Source: an uncultured Opitutaceae bacterium (lineage in GTDB: Bacteria > Verrucomicrobiota > Verrucomicrobiia > Opitutales > Opitutaceae). Taken from it: a stretch of DNA of 64,000 bases. Shown piece by piece: positions 59,906 through 64,000 of this stretch; positions within the stretch are counted from its first letter, which is position 1; every line of letters begins with the position of its first letter. The notes under the pieces are model-generated. The model did not search any database, had not been told where the DNA came from, and worked only from the letters and a program-made list of their open reading frames with translations. The stretch covers positions 1,516 through 65,515 of the forward strand of contig CAJBES010000242.1 of assembly GCA_903952145.1 (NCBI GenBank), read 5' to 3'. Made by a program: the position numbers and the translations under genes.

Positions 59906-62317
59906 ATGAAAATCATCTCCCGGGCCGGCAAAGTCTCATTTCTCGCGGGTCCCTTCACCCTCGGTCCCGGCGCCCCCGCGTTGCGGATCGATGGGAAAAA
60001 ACACCCGCTCCACCCCGGTGCAGGCACGGCGCGCCGCGCCGTGTGGCGCAGCGCCCGGGTCGAGCTGGCCCAGGCTTTCGCCACGGAAACGGCCCGGCGC
60101 GTGCGCGTGACCAGCACGCTGCGCAATACCGGACCGCAGCCGCTCACGCTCAACGCGGTCGTGCTTTTCGCCACGCCCCGTCTCGGCCTTGGCGCCCAGC
60201 CCGAAGCCGTGCGGATCCTGGAGCAGGCCTCCTACATGGGCCGCGTGCGCACCCCGCGGCAGATGCTGACGGGCAGCGACCAGCTGACCGCGCTCGACGG
60301 CACGACCGGGGCGTTCACCAGTCAGATGCACACCGTGTTCTACAATCCGGCGGCACAACAGGGGCTGCTCATCGGTTTCGAGACGGTCGACCGCTGGCTG
60401 CCCAACCTGACGGGGCGCATGTTCACGCAGGTCGGGCGCATGGCATCCGGAACGGACAACGTCGATGCCGGCAGCGCCGGCCGGGCGGCGACCGCCAAGG
60501 CCACGCCCGCCAAACCGGTCAGGGTCCCCGCCTTCCGCCAGTTCTCGATTGATTTTGACGGCGGCGATCTGCTCGTCGCGCCCGGTGAAACCGTGGCCCT
60601 GGGTGATTTCGTCATCGAACTCGGCGCCGATCCGCTGGCCCTCCTTGACGGGCACGGTGCGCGCATCGCCCGGCGCAACCGTTTCGCGCCGCCGCCGGGG
60701 CCGCTGGTCAACTGGTGCAGCTGGTATCCCTACCGCCTGCGGGTGGACGAAGCCAATGTGCTCGCCACCGCCCGCGCCGCCCGGGCGCGCCATCTCGACC
60801 AGCTCGGCCTGCGCTTCGTGCAGGTCGATCTCGGCTGGGAAAAGGACAATATCCCCTCCTTTTTTGAGGAGAACGAGCGGTTTGCACACGGGCTCGGCTG
60901 GCTCAGCGCCGGGCTGCGCCGGGAGAACTTCGATCTCGGCCTATGGGTCGGCGTGCTCTGCATCGCGGAAACCCATCCCATCGCGCAGGAACATCCTGAG
61001 TGGCTGCTGCGCGGCGCCGACGGCAAGCCGCACAACTGTTACAACTGGTTCTGGGCGCCGTTCTGCCCGATCTACGCGCTCGATGTCTCGCACCCCGGCG
61101 CTCAGGAGTGGCTGCGGGCAAACTTCACCCTCCTCGCCAAAAAGGGCGTGCGCTATGTGAAATGGGATTTCGCCGGCGTCGGCACGAACAAGGACCTGCG
61201 CGGCCGGCATGATCCGCGCCTCATCAACACCCGCGCGCGCGAAGCGGTGCGCACCGCCTTCCGCATCGCGCAGGACGCGCTCAACTCGCAGGGCGAGAAG
61301 GCGCTGATGATGGACTGCTCCGGCACCGATTCCGCCGCCGCCGGCATCGCCGGCCTCAACTACGCGAACATGGACACCGGCAACACCGGCCTCGGCTGGC
61401 GTCATCTGCGCGAGGTTTACACGGCCTACGCCTGCCATCTTTTCAAAAAACACTGGGCGCTCCTCCAACCTTCGTGCCTCGTCGTCGGCCTGCCCGGCAC
61501 ACTCGAGGAGGCGCGCATCCGCGCGACCGTCACCTTCATGGGCGCCGGCCATGTGGACCTCGGCGACGATCTCACCACCTTGCCCGAGGACCGCTGGGCC
61601 GTGTTGCTCGCCACGCTGCCGCCCAACGACACCCCGGCCAAAACGGTGGACCTCTTCGAGCCCATCGCCACCGGCACCCTGACCTATCTCTCGCTTATCA
61701 AGGCCCAGCCGACCGAGCCGCCGCGCCCCGCCCCCGATCCGCAGGGCGCCTGCGTGTGGTCGCTGCCCGTGAAAACCGCCTGGGATGAGTGGACCCTCGT
61801 CGCGGTCTTCAACTGGACGGAACCGCCCGTGGAGGAAGGTTCCAAGGTCAACCTCGGCCGCCGTTACCAAGTCGCCTTCAAACGGCTCGGCCTGCCGGCC
61901 TCCGCCCGGCTCTGGGCATATGAGTTCTGGTCGGGCCAGTTTCTGGGCGAGATCCCGCGCACCCCGCAACCCGCCGGTGCCTACCGGCACCCCGGTGATT
62001 TTTCCCATCCGATCCTTGAATCGAAGGCCGGCCTCCTCGACCTCGGCTTCCACGGCCCCGCCGTGAAGCTGCTCGTGTTGCGCCGGCCGCGGCCGCACCC
62101 GTGGCCGGTCGGCACCAGTTTCCACCAAAGCGGCGGTCGCGAGTTGAGCGACGTGCGGTGGGACGCCAACACCCGCACCCTCTCCGGCCGGCTCCACCGG
62201 CCCAAGGGCGAAAGCGGCTTCATCATGCTCGCCGTGCCCTCGCCTGATGGTGTCGCCACGCACAAGCTGCCCCTCATCGCCACCGCCGACATCACCCGGT
62301 GGTCGGTGCGGCTGTAA
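59906..62317 (+). CDS. GH36-like alpha-galactosidase/melibiase-family protein (cytoplasmic)
   Basis: Start chosen at MKIISRAGK (ATG 59906). VNWCSWYPYRLRVDEANVL..., LRFVQVDLGWEKD and GVRYVKWDFAG resemble the clan GH-D (GH36) catalytic blocks. Confidence 0.7.
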   Translation: MKIISRAGKVSFLAGPFTLGPGAPALRIDGKKHPLHPGAGTARRAVWRSARVELAQAFATETARRVRVTSTLRNTGPQPLTLNAVVLFATPRLGLGAQPEAVRILEQASYMGRVRTPRQMLTGSDQLTALDGTTGAFTSQMHTVFYNPAAQQGLLIGFETVDRWLPNLTGRMFTQVGRMASGTDNVDAGSAGRAATAKATPAKPVRVPAFRQFSIDFDGGDLLVAPGETVALGDFVIELGADPLALLDGHGARIARRNRFAPPPGPLVNWCSWYPYRLRVDEANVLATARAARARHLDQLGLRFVQVDLGWEKDNIPSFFEENERFAHGLGWLSAGLRRENFDLGLWVGVLCIAETHPIAQEHPEWLLRGADGKPHNCYNWFWAPFCPIYALDVSHPGAQEWLRANFTLLAKKGVRYVKWDFAGVGTNKDLRGRHDPRLINTRAREAVRTAFRIAQDALNSQGEKALMMDCSGTDSAAAGIAGLNYANMDTGNTGLGWRHLREVYTAYACHLFKKHWALLQPSCLVVGLPGTLEEARIRATVTFMGAGHVDLGDDLTTLPEDRWAVLLATLPPNDTPAKTVDLFEPIATGTLTYLSLIKAQPTEPPRPAPDPQGACVWSLPVKTAWDEWTLVAVFNWTEPPVEEGSKVNLGRRYQVAFKRLGLPASARLWAYEFWSGQFLGEIPRTPQPAGAYRHPGDFSHPILESKAGLLDLGFHGPAVKLLVLRRPRPHPWPVGTSFHQSGGRELSDVRWDANTRTLSGRLHRPKGESGFIMLAVPSPDGVATHKLPLIATADITRWSVRL

Positions 62318-62470
62318 TTCCCTCCTCCCTCTGCAGAAACATCAAATGGCTGGTTGAAATTCAACGAGCCAAGGCGGCCCGCCGGGACGCGGGCCCTCCA
62401 GCCCAATCAGATCGATTGGAGGGCGCGCGTCTCTGCGCGCCGGGGTTCGGAGACAACGTAAAGCATGAGC

Positions 62471-62494
62471 GACCGGACCATGGTCCGGCCCTGC
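62471..62494 (-). repeat. third copy of the G[TC]AGGGC[CT]GGACC-WW-GGTC REP-like head
   Basis: The minus strand reads GCAGGGCCGGACCATGGTCCGGTC, versus GTAGGGCCGGACCTTGGTCCGTGC at 20577 and GTAGGGCTGGACCAAGGTCAAGCC at 26604. Confidence 0.5.
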
Positions 62495-62607
62495 GGTCCA
62501 GATGCATTCGGCCGTTGGTGTAAATTGATCCTCATGCGTTGTTGGCACGGGACAGCAGGCATGCGGGAAACATTCAATCAGCCGCGGGCGGCTGCGCGGT
62601 GCCAACG

Positions 62608-64000
<1,393 letters not shown>

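Overview
GC-rich (by eye about 60-65% GC) chromosomal segment with about 46 protein-coding genes and one tRNA-Glu. I saw no rRNA, CRISPR array, transposase, integrase, phage or recognisable defence genes. Gene content suggests a polysaccharide-degrading Verrucomicrobia/PVC-like heterotroph (inference only): many glycoside-hydrolase-like proteins, a TonB-dependent receptor, two LacI paralogs and C/T-rich, Shine-Dalgarno-poor leaders. Many long ORFs in the supplied track are antisense shadows of real genes and were discarded. One real gene (1..909, minus strand) is missing from the track because it runs off the window. The five most interesting observations are: (1) A DeoR-linked operon (20774-26564) embeds a lipoyl-E2 plus TPP-E1alpha/beta dehydrogenase module inside a cupin isomerase / PfkB kinase / class II aldolase sugar route. 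I do not recognise this combination as a described pathway. (2) A membrane sCache-PAS-CBS-DUF294 nucleotidyltransferase is paired with a metallophosphoesterase and converges on a porin/DUF485/ActP carboxylate-uptake operon. (3) Intergenic CTAC-NN-GTAG motifs lie 64-177 nt upstream of the start codons of seven genes, oriented toward them where their flanks define a direction; separately there are GTAG-headed REP-like hairpins. (4) A Dpp/Opp-type binding protein is fused to its permease through an extra transmembrane helix. (5) A non-pyrrolysine MttB homolog has no corrinoid partner in the window and sits next to a frameshifted sarcosine-oxidase-like gene. All functional calls come from reading the translations and recalling family motifs. 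No database search was run.
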